A stretch of 64,000 nt of DNA from an uncultured Sphingobacteriaceae bacterium (GTDB lineage Bacteria; Bacteroidota; Bacteroidia; Sphingobacteriales; Sphingobacteriaceae): assembly GCA_963696875.1 (NCBI GenBank), contig CAVOLQ010000005.1, positions 70,142 through 134,141 on the forward strand, in the 5' to 3' direction. The position numbers and the translations under genes were made by a program. Below, piece after piece: positions 40,318 to 48,244 of this stretch (its first letter is position 1; each line of letters opens with the position of its first letter). Under the pieces are notes generated by a model. It searched no databases and was not told the DNA's origin. It saw nothing but the letters and a program-made list of their open reading frames with translations.

Positions 40318-40867
40318 AAAACGATGTCCCTGGAGTGGAGACGACCAATTGTACATCGATTACCATGATAATGAGTGGGGAAAGCAGGTAAAAGATGATC
40401 GAACGTTATTTGAGTTTTTAATACTCGAATCTGCACAAGCCGGTTTAAGTTGGATAACCATTCTTCGAAAGAGAGAAAACTATAGAACAAACTTTGCGGA
40501 CTTTGACCCGAAAAAGGTGGCTAAATTTAACGAAGCTGATATTCAAAAATTATTGTCAAATCCGGGAATTATTAGAAATCGAGGTAAAATTGAAGCTGCC
40601 GTTAGTAATGCTAAGGTGTTTCTAGATATCCAAAAAGAATATGGCTCATTTTATAACTATCTGTATTCTTTTATGCCTAATAACGAGCCTATTTTCAATG
40701 AAATAAACGATGCAGGAGAGGTGCCCGCGAGTACCGAAATTTCAATTAAGCTTTCAAAAGAGTTAAAGAAAAAGGGAATCAAATTCTTTGGCCCAGTAAT
40801 TTGCTATGCTTTTATGCAAGCTGTTGGCATGGTTAATGATCACGAATTAAGCTGTGAGTTTCGATAA
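40307..40867 (+). CDS. tag: DNA-3-methyladenine glycosylase I
   Basis: RCPWSG..LYIDYHDNEWG N-terminal zinc/Tag motif, ESAQAGLSW, and C-terminal NDH...C. The start overlaps the upstream gene by 11 nt. Confidence 0.9.
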   Translation: MKNKKRCPWSGDDQLYIDYHDNEWGKQVKDDRTLFEFLILESAQAGLSWITILRKRENYRTNFADFDPKKVAKFNEADIQKLLSNPGIIRNRGKIEAAVSNAKVFLDIQKEYGSFYNYLYSFMPNNEPIFNEINDAGEVPASTEISIKLSKELKKKGIKFFGPVICYAFMQAVGMVNDHELSCEFR

Positions 40868-40879
40868 ATCAAAATATAA

Positions 40880-41317
40880 TCAATCCTTATTAAAAATATT
40901 AAATTGGCCTGTTTGGCTCTTTTCTTCTTCCTTTTTTGAATTTAATGCAACCAAATGAGCGCCAGCCTTTGCTTTATAAAACTCGGTTAATGTACCAGTG
41001 GGATAAGTAACCTGAACAATATTTCCGGCCTGAACAATCCACGTTCCATTCATTTTTTTAGTTTGGCGATTCTTTTTGATATAACGCATCGATTTCTCCA
41101 CAGTATAATCTGCTTTAAAATCTAATGTGACTTCAATACCGGCACAATCTGCACAAGGAATAGCCCCTTTATAAAGCCCTGAAGGCTCCACCCAAAACAA
41201 CTGCCCTCGCGGCCTAAACTCCTCATTAACAATCTCATTTTGCCTTATCTGTGAAGAACAGCTCGCAAGCCCAATACCAATAAACAACACCATTGCCATA
41301 AAATAAACCTTCTTCAT
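40880..41317 (-). CDS. Lipoprotein with NlpE N-terminal-like (CxxC) domain
   Basis: Lipobox GLASCSS. YKGAIPCADCAGIEVTLDF matches the NlpE_N/copper-resistance lipoprotein motif. Confidence 0.6.
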   Translation of the reverse strand: MKKVYFMAMVLFIGIGLASCSSQIRQNEIVNEEFRPRGQLFWVEPSGLYKGAIPCADCAGIEVTLDFKADYTVEKSMRYIKKNRQTKKMNGTWIVQAGNIVQVTYPTGTLTEFYKAKAGAHLVALNSKKEEEKSQTGQFNIFNKD

Positions 41318-41525
41318 ATTTCTAAAATAAAATGGAAAATTACAATATGTAGATAATACTCAAAATACATACCAACATCCTTGATCTTTCTGCGGAAAAA
41401 TCAAAAATGGATTTATATTGTTAATAAACAATGGAACTTATTAATTTAAGCATAATAATAAAAGACCGAAAACTCTTTTACTTTTCAAAAGTTTATTACT
41501 TTTGATAACACTAAATCTTAAAATT

Positions 41526-41957
41526 ATGTTTTCAAAGACCTGCCAATACGCAATTCGAGCTGTTATATTTATTTCAAAAAAATCAAGTGAAGGGGAACGC
41601 GTGGGCATAAAAGAAATTGCAAAAGGAATTGATTCACCCGAGCATTTTATTGCCAAAATTCTACAAGATCTTAGCAAAAGAGGATTGGTTAGCTCGTTCA
41701 AAGGGCCTAACGGTGGCTTTTATATTGATGATGATTCCGATTGTACCATTGCAGATATTGTGAGGGCTATTGATGGAGATAAAGTTTTTTCAGGCTGTGG
41801 CTTAGGATTAGATTATTGTTCTGAAAATAAGCCCTGCCCCATCCACAATGAATTTAAAGCAGTTCGGGATGAATTATATCGTATTCTCAACCAAGCAAAA
41901 GTGGGAATGTTTAATGAAAGTTTACTTAAAAGCCTAACATATATCAAGCAACGTTAA
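41526..41957 (+). CDS. Rrf2 family transcriptional regulator with Fe-S cluster ligand motif
   Basis: MFSKTCQYAIRAVIFI N-terminal wHTH. C-x6-C-x5-C-x2-H (CGLGLDYCSENKPCPIH) resembles IscR/NsrR cluster ligands. Confidence 0.85.
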   Translation: MFSKTCQYAIRAVIFISKKSSEGERVGIKEIAKGIDSPEHFIAKILQDLSKRGLVSSFKGPNGGFYIDDDSDCTIADIVRAIDGDKVFSGCGLGLDYCSENKPCPIHNEFKAVRDELYRILNQAKVGMFNESLLKSLTYIKQR

Positions 41958-41967
41958 CCAAAAAGCC

Positions 41968-43851
41968 ATGACCCATATCAACCTTACCGAAGTCATTCTG
42001 GGTAAAATTACAATGAGCTATTACACTCTAATTTTAAAGGGTAAACTCCGGCGACCTGTTGTTACTATAGCTCTGCTCTTATTCAGCCAATCACTATTTT
42101 CACAGGTTGATGTACCAGAAGCTAGAAACAGCCTAATGACCAATGGTGGGATGATTATCACTTTTATTTTAATCATGATTCCAGTGATGGCCATCATTGC
42201 TTTTATGGTTATAAAAATCAAGAAATCAGTATTTGGCCTAACGGATATACAAAAACAGGAAGAAGCTAAAAAATTGGCAGATTATTTACAATCAATACCC
42301 CAAGAGGATGTAGAAACCATTAAACAAAGAAAAGAAGCGCTAGACTTTGAACTGCGGAACAATGAATTATCTGGAGAAAGAAAAGCACACGATGAAAAAG
42401 GCTTGATAAGCGTTAATCCTGACAAGGGTTTACCATTTGTTGCAATCAAAAAGCGGGCTGAAAAACGTACCCCAATTAATCCTAAATTATCCAAATTAGT
42501 CTTATGGTTTACTCTTACTGCGACATTCTGGCTGGTATTTGGTACGTCGGTAGGGGAATATGTTGGAATAAAATTTGTTGCTCCCGACATTGATCAAGTA
42601 AGCTGGCTAAGCTTTGGTCGCTTAAGACCTGTCCATACTAATTCCGTGTTTTGGGGCTGGGCATCCTTAGGTATGTTAGCTCTGGGGTATTATGCAGTAC
42701 CGAGAGTAGGAAATAATCAACTTTTCAGTTATCGCTTGGGTTGGATTTCCTTAATCCTCATCAATATCACCGTATTTTCTGGCACTATCGCATTGATGGC
42801 CGGCGTCAATAATGGAGGCGGTGAATTTCGTGAATATATATGGCCAATTCAATTACCTTTTGCGATCGCTTTAATTATTACTCTTTACAATTACTTAAAA
42901 ACAATTGCTAGGAGGAAAACACATGAGATATACATATCCAGCTGGTATATAGTTGCCGCACTTATCTTTGGCATCATTATTACGATCATAGCCTATGTTC
43001 CATGGTGGCAAATAGGACTAGGTGAAACCATTATTCAGGGCTATTATATGCATCAAGGCGTTGGCATGTGGTTTATGATGTTTACACTAGGAATTGTTTA
43101 CTACTATTTACCCCAACAATTAAATCGCCCGATCTATTCTTACAGCTTAGGGATTTTGGCTTTTTGGACTCAAATCTTATTTTACACCCTCATCGGCACC
43201 CATCACTTTGTTTTCAGCTCTATCCCTTGGTGGTTGCAAACAGTGGCAATTGTAGGAAGTGCAGGGATGGTTATTCCTGTAGTGGCCGGTACAACTAACT
43301 TCATTATGACCTTTAAAGGGGCCTGGCATAAGGTGACCGATAGCTATACCCTGCCTTTTTTCTTAGTAGGAATTATATTCTATTTTACCGGCTCAATGCA
43401 AGGAACTGCGGAAGCATTTAGAGAGGCGAACCTACTATGGCATTTCACAGATTTTACTGTAGCCCACTCCCATCTCACAATGTATGGTATTATCTGCTTC
43501 TTCTTATGGGCGGGTATGTATACTATTATTCCTAGGTTAACCGGTAAAGAACCTCCCCAAATTACTGTGGGTGCACATTTTTGGTTCGCTCTAATCGGTT
43601 TGCTATTTTATAGTGTTCCTCTAATGTATGGCGGAACATTAAGAGGCTTATCTTGGATCGAGGGAAACCCATTTATGGAAAGCGTTACATTAATGGCTCC
43701 GCATTGGTTGTGGCGAGCTATCGGAGGAAGCTTAATGTGGGCTTCGCATTTATTTTTTTCTTATAATCTCTATAAAATGTGGGTTTCCACAGATGAATTA
43801 GATATCAGAGAACTTGCCCTTCAAGAATTAGAAAAAGACAGTAACCGATAA
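41968..43851 (+). CDS. C-family (cbb3-type-like) heme-copper oxidase subunit I (CcoN-like) with about 170-aa N-terminal extension
   Basis: All six canonical metal-ligand His are present: RPVHTNSVFWGW, YMHQGVGMWF, GTHHFVF, AHSHLTMYG. There is also a Tyr six residues before the HH pair (LFYTLIGTHH). 12+ TM helices. Confidence 0.8.
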   Translation: MTHINLTEVILGKITMSYYTLILKGKLRRPVVTIALLLFSQSLFSQVDVPEARNSLMTNGGMIITFILIMIPVMAIIAFMVIKIKKSVFGLTDIQKQEEAKKLADYLQSIPQEDVETIKQRKEALDFELRNNELSGERKAHDEKGLISVNPDKGLPFVAIKKRAEKRTPINPKLSKLVLWFTLTATFWLVFGTSVGEYVGIKFVAPDIDQVSWLSFGRLRPVHTNSVFWGWASLGMLALGYYAVPRVGNNQLFSYRLGWISLILINITVFSGTIALMAGVNNGGGEFREYIWPIQLPFAIALIITLYNYLKTIARRKTHEIYISSWYIVAALIFGIIITIIAYVPWWQIGLGETIIQGYYMHQGVGMWFMMFTLGIVYYYLPQQLNRPIYSYSLGILAFWTQILFYTLIGTHHFVFSSIPWWLQTVAIVGSAGMVIPVVAGTTNFIMTFKGAWHKVTDSYTLPFFLVGIIFYFTGSMQGTAEAFREANLLWHFTDFTVAHSHLTMYGIICFFLWAGMYTIIPRLTGKEPPQITVGAHFWFALIGLLFYSVPLMYGGTLRGLSWIEGNPFMESVTLMAPHWLWRAIGGSLMWASHLFFSYNLYKMWVSTDELDIRELALQELEKDSNR

Positions 43852-43872
43852 TAATCTTTATGAAAAAAAGAT

Positions 43873-44877
43873 ATGGAATTTTTTAATAATCATAAAAACC
43901 TCTTTATTTCAGCAGCAGCTTTGTTTATAGTACTGACTATCTTCGTGGCCATTATACCTGCGCTGGATAACCAAAAAAGGAATGCGCCGTTACCTAATGC
44001 AGAAAAAATGAGCGATGCTGCAATCAAAGGAAAAGCAATCTACATCGCTAATGGTTGCGTTGCTTGCCATACGCAACAAGTAAGAAATCTTGAGGTCGAC
44101 AAGGTATGGGGCACAAGACCGAGCATCGCAGCAGATTATGCCGGGATGAGACGACAAGACATTTGGCGAAATACTGCGACCTTAATGGGAACTGAACGAA
44201 CCGGACCCGACTTAACCAATGTCGGCAATAGACAACCTAGTTTAGAATGGAATTTATTGCACTTATTCAATCCAAGGGCTGTCGTTAAAGAGTCTATAAT
44301 GCCCTCTTACCCTTGGCTGTTTGAAATAAAAGAAAACCCCAATAAGGATGATGTGATAGTGGCCGTGCCGGTCGAACTTTTGAAAAATAAAACGGCGAAA
44401 GTGGTTGCAACAGCGGAAGCTCTTCAACTGGTTGCCTATTTGCAATCACTTAAACAAACAGAATTACCAACGGGTATTCCTACACCCGAATTTTTATATC
44501 AACGTGCACAAAAGATATTGGCCGGCGAAACGGCCAATAAAGGTGTAATCGCTGCCGACGGAGTAGCATTATATGCCACACATTGTCAGGCATGTCACCA
44601 AGAGAATGGTGAAGGACTTGCTGGAGCCTTTCCTCCACTTAAAGGAAGCAAAATTGTACTTGATGAAAATTCACAAATCATGGTGGACATCATCATGAAT
44701 GGATATAATGGAAGAGCGAGTGAAGGCTTCGGGCCTATGGCCGCAGTAGGTACGCTAGCAAGTTTAACCGCAGAGGAGGTATCCGCCATTATGAACCATG
44801 AAAAAACAAGTTGGGGAAATAATGCAAAAGAAGTCACACCAGAAGAGGTAAAAAAAATAATAGATTCTATAAAATAG
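43873..44877 (+). CDS. CcoO-like monoheme subunit fused to a second class I cytochrome c domain
   Basis: N-terminal TM anchor. CVACHTQQVR, TERTGPDLTNVGNR and IMPSYPWLF are FixO/CcoO motifs. A second heme site is CQACH, with GAFPPLKGS. Confidence 0.8.
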   Translation: MEFFNNHKNLFISAAALFIVLTIFVAIIPALDNQKRNAPLPNAEKMSDAAIKGKAIYIANGCVACHTQQVRNLEVDKVWGTRPSIAADYAGMRRQDIWRNTATLMGTERTGPDLTNVGNRQPSLEWNLLHLFNPRAVVKESIMPSYPWLFEIKENPNKDDVIVAVPVELLKNKTAKVVATAEALQLVAYLQSLKQTELPTGIPTPEFLYQRAQKILAGETANKGVIAADGVALYATHCQACHQENGEGLAGAFPPLKGSKIVLDENSQIMVDIIMNGYNGRASEGFGPMAAVGTLASLTAEEVSAIMNHEKTSWGNNAKEVTPEEVKKIIDSIK

Positions 44878-44895
44878 TTTTAAAAATTATTGATT

Positions 44896-45156
44896 ATGAA
44901 ACGGATAATAATAATATTAGTTTTTCTTTTTTCTCATTTTGGCCTTTTCGCTTGTCCAGTGTGTGAAAAACAACAACCTGCCCTATTGAAAGGAATTTCC
45001 CATGGAACTGGGCCGCAAAGCAATTGGGATATGGTTATCATTTGGGTAACTATCGTAATTGTAGCTTTTACTTTATTGTTTTCTATAAAGTTTTTAGTCC
45101 GGCCAGGAGAAAAATCCGAAACTCATATTAAACGTTTTATCTTAAATAACGATTAA
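44896..45156 (+). CDS. Small bitopic membrane protein with CPVC motif
   Basis: 86 aa. N-terminal hydrophobic segment, ACPVCEKQQP, and a second TM (MVIIWVTIVIVAFTLLFSI). Same operon as the oxidase genes. Confidence 0.45.
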   Translation: MKRIIIILVFLFSHFGLFACPVCEKQQPALLKGISHGTGPQSNWDMVIIWVTIVIVAFTLLFSIKFLVRPGEKSETHIKRFILNND

Positions 45157-45160
45157 AAGC

Positions 45161-45568
45161 ATGAAAAATAGCAGCGTAATCCTGTTTGTGGATGATAACC
45201 CAAACCCCGTAGCCTCCTTTATGGCACCTGTTAAGTTTGAGCTAGACACCACAAAATTGGTAGATGGAAAACATACCTTAAAAATTGTAAGTAAAGATCC
45301 TGATGGGAAGGAAGGAATTCGTATTATACCTTTTGAGGTGAGAAATGGACCTGCTATATCAATTGAAGGTATAAAAGAGAATGCAGTAGTCGACGGTATC
45401 TTACCCTTAATGATCAATGCTTATGGAAAAGGAGATTCAAGCGAGTTCTATATTGTAGGTAGTGAAACGCCTCAAAGTATCCCTGCTTGGGTTTGGATAT
45501 TATTGATTGGATTTGTAGGCTGGGCTGCTTTCTATTTATTTACATATATTAATATAGTTCCTAATTAG
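45161..45568 (+). CDS. Hypothetical Ig-like beta-sandwich protein with C-terminal TM anchor
   Basis: 135 aa. Beta-rich DGKHTLKIVSKDPDGKEG segment and a C-terminal TM (AWVWILLIGFVGWAAFYLF). Starts 4 nt after the previous gene. Confidence 0.45.
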   Translation: MKNSSVILFVDDNPNPVASFMAPVKFELDTTKLVDGKHTLKIVSKDPDGKEGIRIIPFEVRNGPAISIEGIKENAVVDGILPLMINAYGKGDSSEFYIVGSETPQSIPAWVWILLIGFVGWAAFYLFTYINIVPN

Positions 45569-45798
45569 GTAATAGGAATTAGGTTTTAGGTTTTAGGTTT
45601 TAGTATAGCTTAAAAGAGGTGCTTCGTTCCTCAGCATGACAAAAGCGAAATAAACAAAATAGTCCTTTAACACGCGTGTCATCTTAGAGCGAAGCGAAGG
45701 ATATAAACAACAACGAAAATAACTGATACCTAATACCTTAAACATAATACCTATAATAAACCGGCTAATAATAAAACCTCGAGCCTAATCCCTATAAA
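45566..45798. repeat. Intergenic element: inverted heptamer-repeat arms flanking an imperfect long hairpin (MITE/REP-like)
   Basis: The left arm at 45566-45604 is TAGGTAA TAGGAAT TAGGTTT TAGGTTT TAGGTTT TAGTATA. The right arm at 45724-45798 has 7-bp periodic ...TAATACC... units, the complement of the left motif. The reverse complement of its right end (ATAGGGATTAGGCTCGAGGTTTTA) aligns with ATAGGAATTAGGTTTTAGGTTTTA. A central hairpin spans 45622-45641 / 45677-45699. Confidence 0.55.
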
Positions 45799-46194
45799 AT
45801 GAAAGAAAAAAATGATATTTTAAGTTTAGATGATGTAAAAAATTTAGTCGATACTTTTTATGGTAAAATAAGAAAGAATGAACTTTTAGGTCCTATTTTT
45901 AACGAGCGTATTAAAGATCGTTGGCCGCAGCATTTAGAAAAGATGTATACTTTTTGGCAAACTGTTTTATTAAAAGAACATACTTATTTTGGAAGTCCTT
46001 TTATTCCGCATGCCAATCTTCCCGTTGATAATATCCATTTCAATACTTGGCTGGGAATATTTAATGAAACCGTTGACGAGCTCTTTGAAGGAAATATTGC
46101 TGAAGAAGCAAAATGGCGGGGCGCAAAAATGGCCGAGATGTTTGAAAGTAAAATAAAATACTATCAGGGTCTAGACTTTGAGAATCTACTTTAA
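45799..46194 (+). CDS. Group III truncated hemoglobin
   Basis: 131 aa. LVDTFYGKI...LGPIF.....WPQHLEKMYTFWQTVLL..HTYFGSPF.PH pattern of trHb group III (Ctb-like). Confidence 0.78.
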   Translation: MKEKNDILSLDDVKNLVDTFYGKIRKNELLGPIFNERIKDRWPQHLEKMYTFWQTVLLKEHTYFGSPFIPHANLPVDNIHFNTWLGIFNETVDELFEGNIAEEAKWRGAKMAEMFESKIKYYQGLDFENLL

Positions 46195-46227
46195 AAACGA
46201 AGGCTCAATTAATCATTCTTTTATTCC

Positions 46228-46554
46228 ATGGAAAAAACCATCCGTCTCACCGTCTATTTTGAAGGAAAAACTTACACTATTGAAAGCTATCCATATGAAT
46301 ATAGAAGTTTGATGGCCTTACTTTATGACAAAATTTATGTTGATGATGACTTTGGTGAATGCAAAGGAATAGGCCGTTGTGGCACTTGCATTATTCAAAT
46401 CTTAAACCCCAAGAAAGACATTGCTTTTTTCGACAGAAATGAAATGGCAACATTAAGTAAAATGGGAATTAAGGAAGAACATGTCCATCTATCTTGTCAA
46501 ATTGAATTGAACGAACATATCGATGGCTTAGAAATCGAAATTCTATTCGGTTAA
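46228..46554 (+). CDS. [2Fe-2S] ferredoxin, adrenodoxin/putidaredoxin-type cysteine spacing
   Basis: 108 aa. C-x5-C-x2-C (CKGIGRCGTC) with a fourth Cys about 35 residues downstream (LSCQI). Confidence 0.7.
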   Translation: MEKTIRLTVYFEGKTYTIESYPYEYRSLMALLYDKIYVDDDFGECKGIGRCGTCIIQILNPKKDIAFFDRNEMATLSKMGIKEEHVHLSCQIELNEHIDGLEIEILFG

Positions 46555-46581
46555 TAGATTTAATTTTAAATCTTTTGAAAG

Positions 46582-47100
46582 ATGTCAAAAATACTTTGGA
46601 CCATAGGTCATTCTACCCATCCCCTGGAGGAGTTCATTTCAATTTTGCAAGCCTATGACATCCAAATGCTTATTGATGTCCGAAGTTTGCCTGGATCCAA
46701 AAAATTTCCACAATTCAACAAAGAAAATCTTGAAATATCGCTCCCTGAAGAAGGCATTTCTTATAAACACTTGCTAATTTTAGGTGGACGTAGAAAGGTA
46801 TCCAAAACCTCCAAAAACACCGCTTGGCACAATGCATCGTTTAGAGGCTATGCAGATTATATGGAAACTGATCCTTTTAAAGAAGGAATTAAAGAATTAA
46901 AGGAACTGGCAGAACACCAAAAAGTAGCAATAATGTGTTCAGAAGTATTATGGTGGCGTTGTCATAGAAGCATGATAGCCGATAAATTGAAATCTGAAGG
47001 TTGGACCATCATCCATATTTTAAGCCCGACTAAGTCGGAAGAACACCGGTATACCGCCCCCGCCAAAATTGTGAATGGAAAGCTTAGTTATGAGGAATGA
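46582..47100 (+). CDS. DUF488 family protein
   Basis: ILWTIGHST.....F...L....I..LIDVRS.P.S and CSE..WWRCHR motifs are characteristic of DUF488. Confidence 0.75.
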   Translation: MSKILWTIGHSTHPLEEFISILQAYDIQMLIDVRSLPGSKKFPQFNKENLEISLPEEGISYKHLLILGGRRKVSKTSKNTAWHNASFRGYADYMETDPFKEGIKELKELAEHQKVAIMCSEVLWWRCHRSMIADKLKSEGWTIIHILSPTKSEEHRYTAPAKIVNGKLSYEE

Positions 47101-47122
47101 TTTTATTAAAAATAGTCGCGCG

Positions 47123-48085
47123 CTAATTCTTTGAGAAAAGAACTACCTCATTTTTGATAGGTTTTAAACTCCTTAAATAAACGTAAATCGCTTTTAAATC
47201 AGTAGAATCCATACCGGCATACATTGCCCAGGGCATGATGGTATTGAATTGAGAAGGACTCACTTTTTCAAGGCGATTTTCGTCTGCATAGAGTTTAAAG
47301 CGTTGAATAAAGCCTTCAGCTGTCCATGTCCCAATCCCAGTCTCCATATCTGGCGTAATATTTGCCGAACGCACTGTTATATTAGGCATTACAAATTCCC
47401 TACCTCCAGAATAAGCTAAGGCGGGAATAATTTGTCCCTTTTCTACCTGAGTATGGCATTCAATACAAGCAGCTGCACTCACTAAATAAGCTCCGTATTT
47501 TACTGAATCTGATCGGGATGGTTTCTCAGTAAAAGTAGCTTTCGTAGGGATAGTATTCATAATAAAATTCATTGGAAAATTAGCCTTAGAAGCTGGCACT
47601 TCTTTTTCTATGGGCGGTATACTTCTAATATAAGCAATGATATCATAAATATCTTCCTTGTCCATCTTCCCATAAGACGCATAGGGCATCACTGGAAATA
47701 GTGCCTTCCCGTTTCTGTCGACTCCAGTTGTTATGGCTCTAAAAATCTCGCCGTCTGTCCAATCTCCTAACCCAGCCGGTGTAATATTTCTTGAATAGAA
47801 CTTTCCAGGGAAACCCATTTCAGGTCCAAAATATTCTCCACCATTTCCTAGTGTGCCGGACAAAATAGGACCAGAATAAAGTGACCAATCTCTGCTAGAA
47901 TGACAATCCATGCAAGCCGCAACATGATTAGCCAAATATTCACCATGTTTAATACGTTGTGATATATTATCCACCGTTAATTGTGGCGCCTCACCTACAT
48001 TAGGAAGCATAAGCTTCAAATAGCCCGCTCCCAAAACTAAGACTAGGATAATAATAATTAAAACCCCGAAAATTATTTTTTTCAT
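47123..48085 (-). CDS. Membrane-anchored diheme c-type cytochrome
   Basis: N-terminal TM anchor and two heme-binding sites, CMDCHS and CIECHT. Confidence 0.8.
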   Translation of the reverse strand: MKKIIFGVLIIIILVLVLGAGYLKLMLPNVGEAPQLTVDNISQRIKHGEYLANHVAACMDCHSSRDWSLYSGPILSGTLGNGGEYFGPEMGFPGKFYSRNITPAGLGDWTDGEIFRAITTGVDRNGKALFPVMPYASYGKMDKEDIYDIIAYIRSIPPIEKEVPASKANFPMNFIMNTIPTKATFTEKPSRSDSVKYGAYLVSAAACIECHTQVEKGQIIPALAYSGGREFVMPNITVRSANITPDMETGIGTWTAEGFIQRFKLYADENRLEKVSPSQFNTIMPWAMYAGMDSTDLKAIYVYLRSLKPIKNEVVLFSKN

Positions 48086-48244
48086 TTCATTTACTATTAA
48101 GATTACTACGATAACCCCACAATTAATTGACTTAAATGGATATCTAATTAAAATTAAGAATTATATTTTAATATATCATAATAGTTACTAATAATTTTTT
48201 AGAATCCTTTTTTGAAAATGAAAATGTAAATTGAAATAATATTT

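Noticed and set aside
41441-41701. 86-aa minus-strand ORF overlapping the start of the Rrf2 gene
   Set aside because: It is antisense to a well-supported CDS and its promoter region, has low-complexity composition, and has no recognisable motifs.
41968-43851. Calling the heme-copper subunit a cNOR/qNOR-type nitric oxide reductase (NorB)
   Set aside because: The helix VII Tyr is retained at the cbb3 cross-link position. The partner subunit is FixO/CcoO-like. The HLWVEG-type glutamate-rich motif I associate with NorB helix VI is absent. A dedicated NOR assignment is not supported, so only an O2/NO-scavenging hypothesis is offered.
45581-45603. Tandem AGGTTTT x3, considered as a possible CRISPR or other array
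   Set aside because: The unit is only 7 bp, there are no spacers, and no cas genes are present. It is a short tandem repeat forming one arm of the intergenic element, not a CRISPR array.
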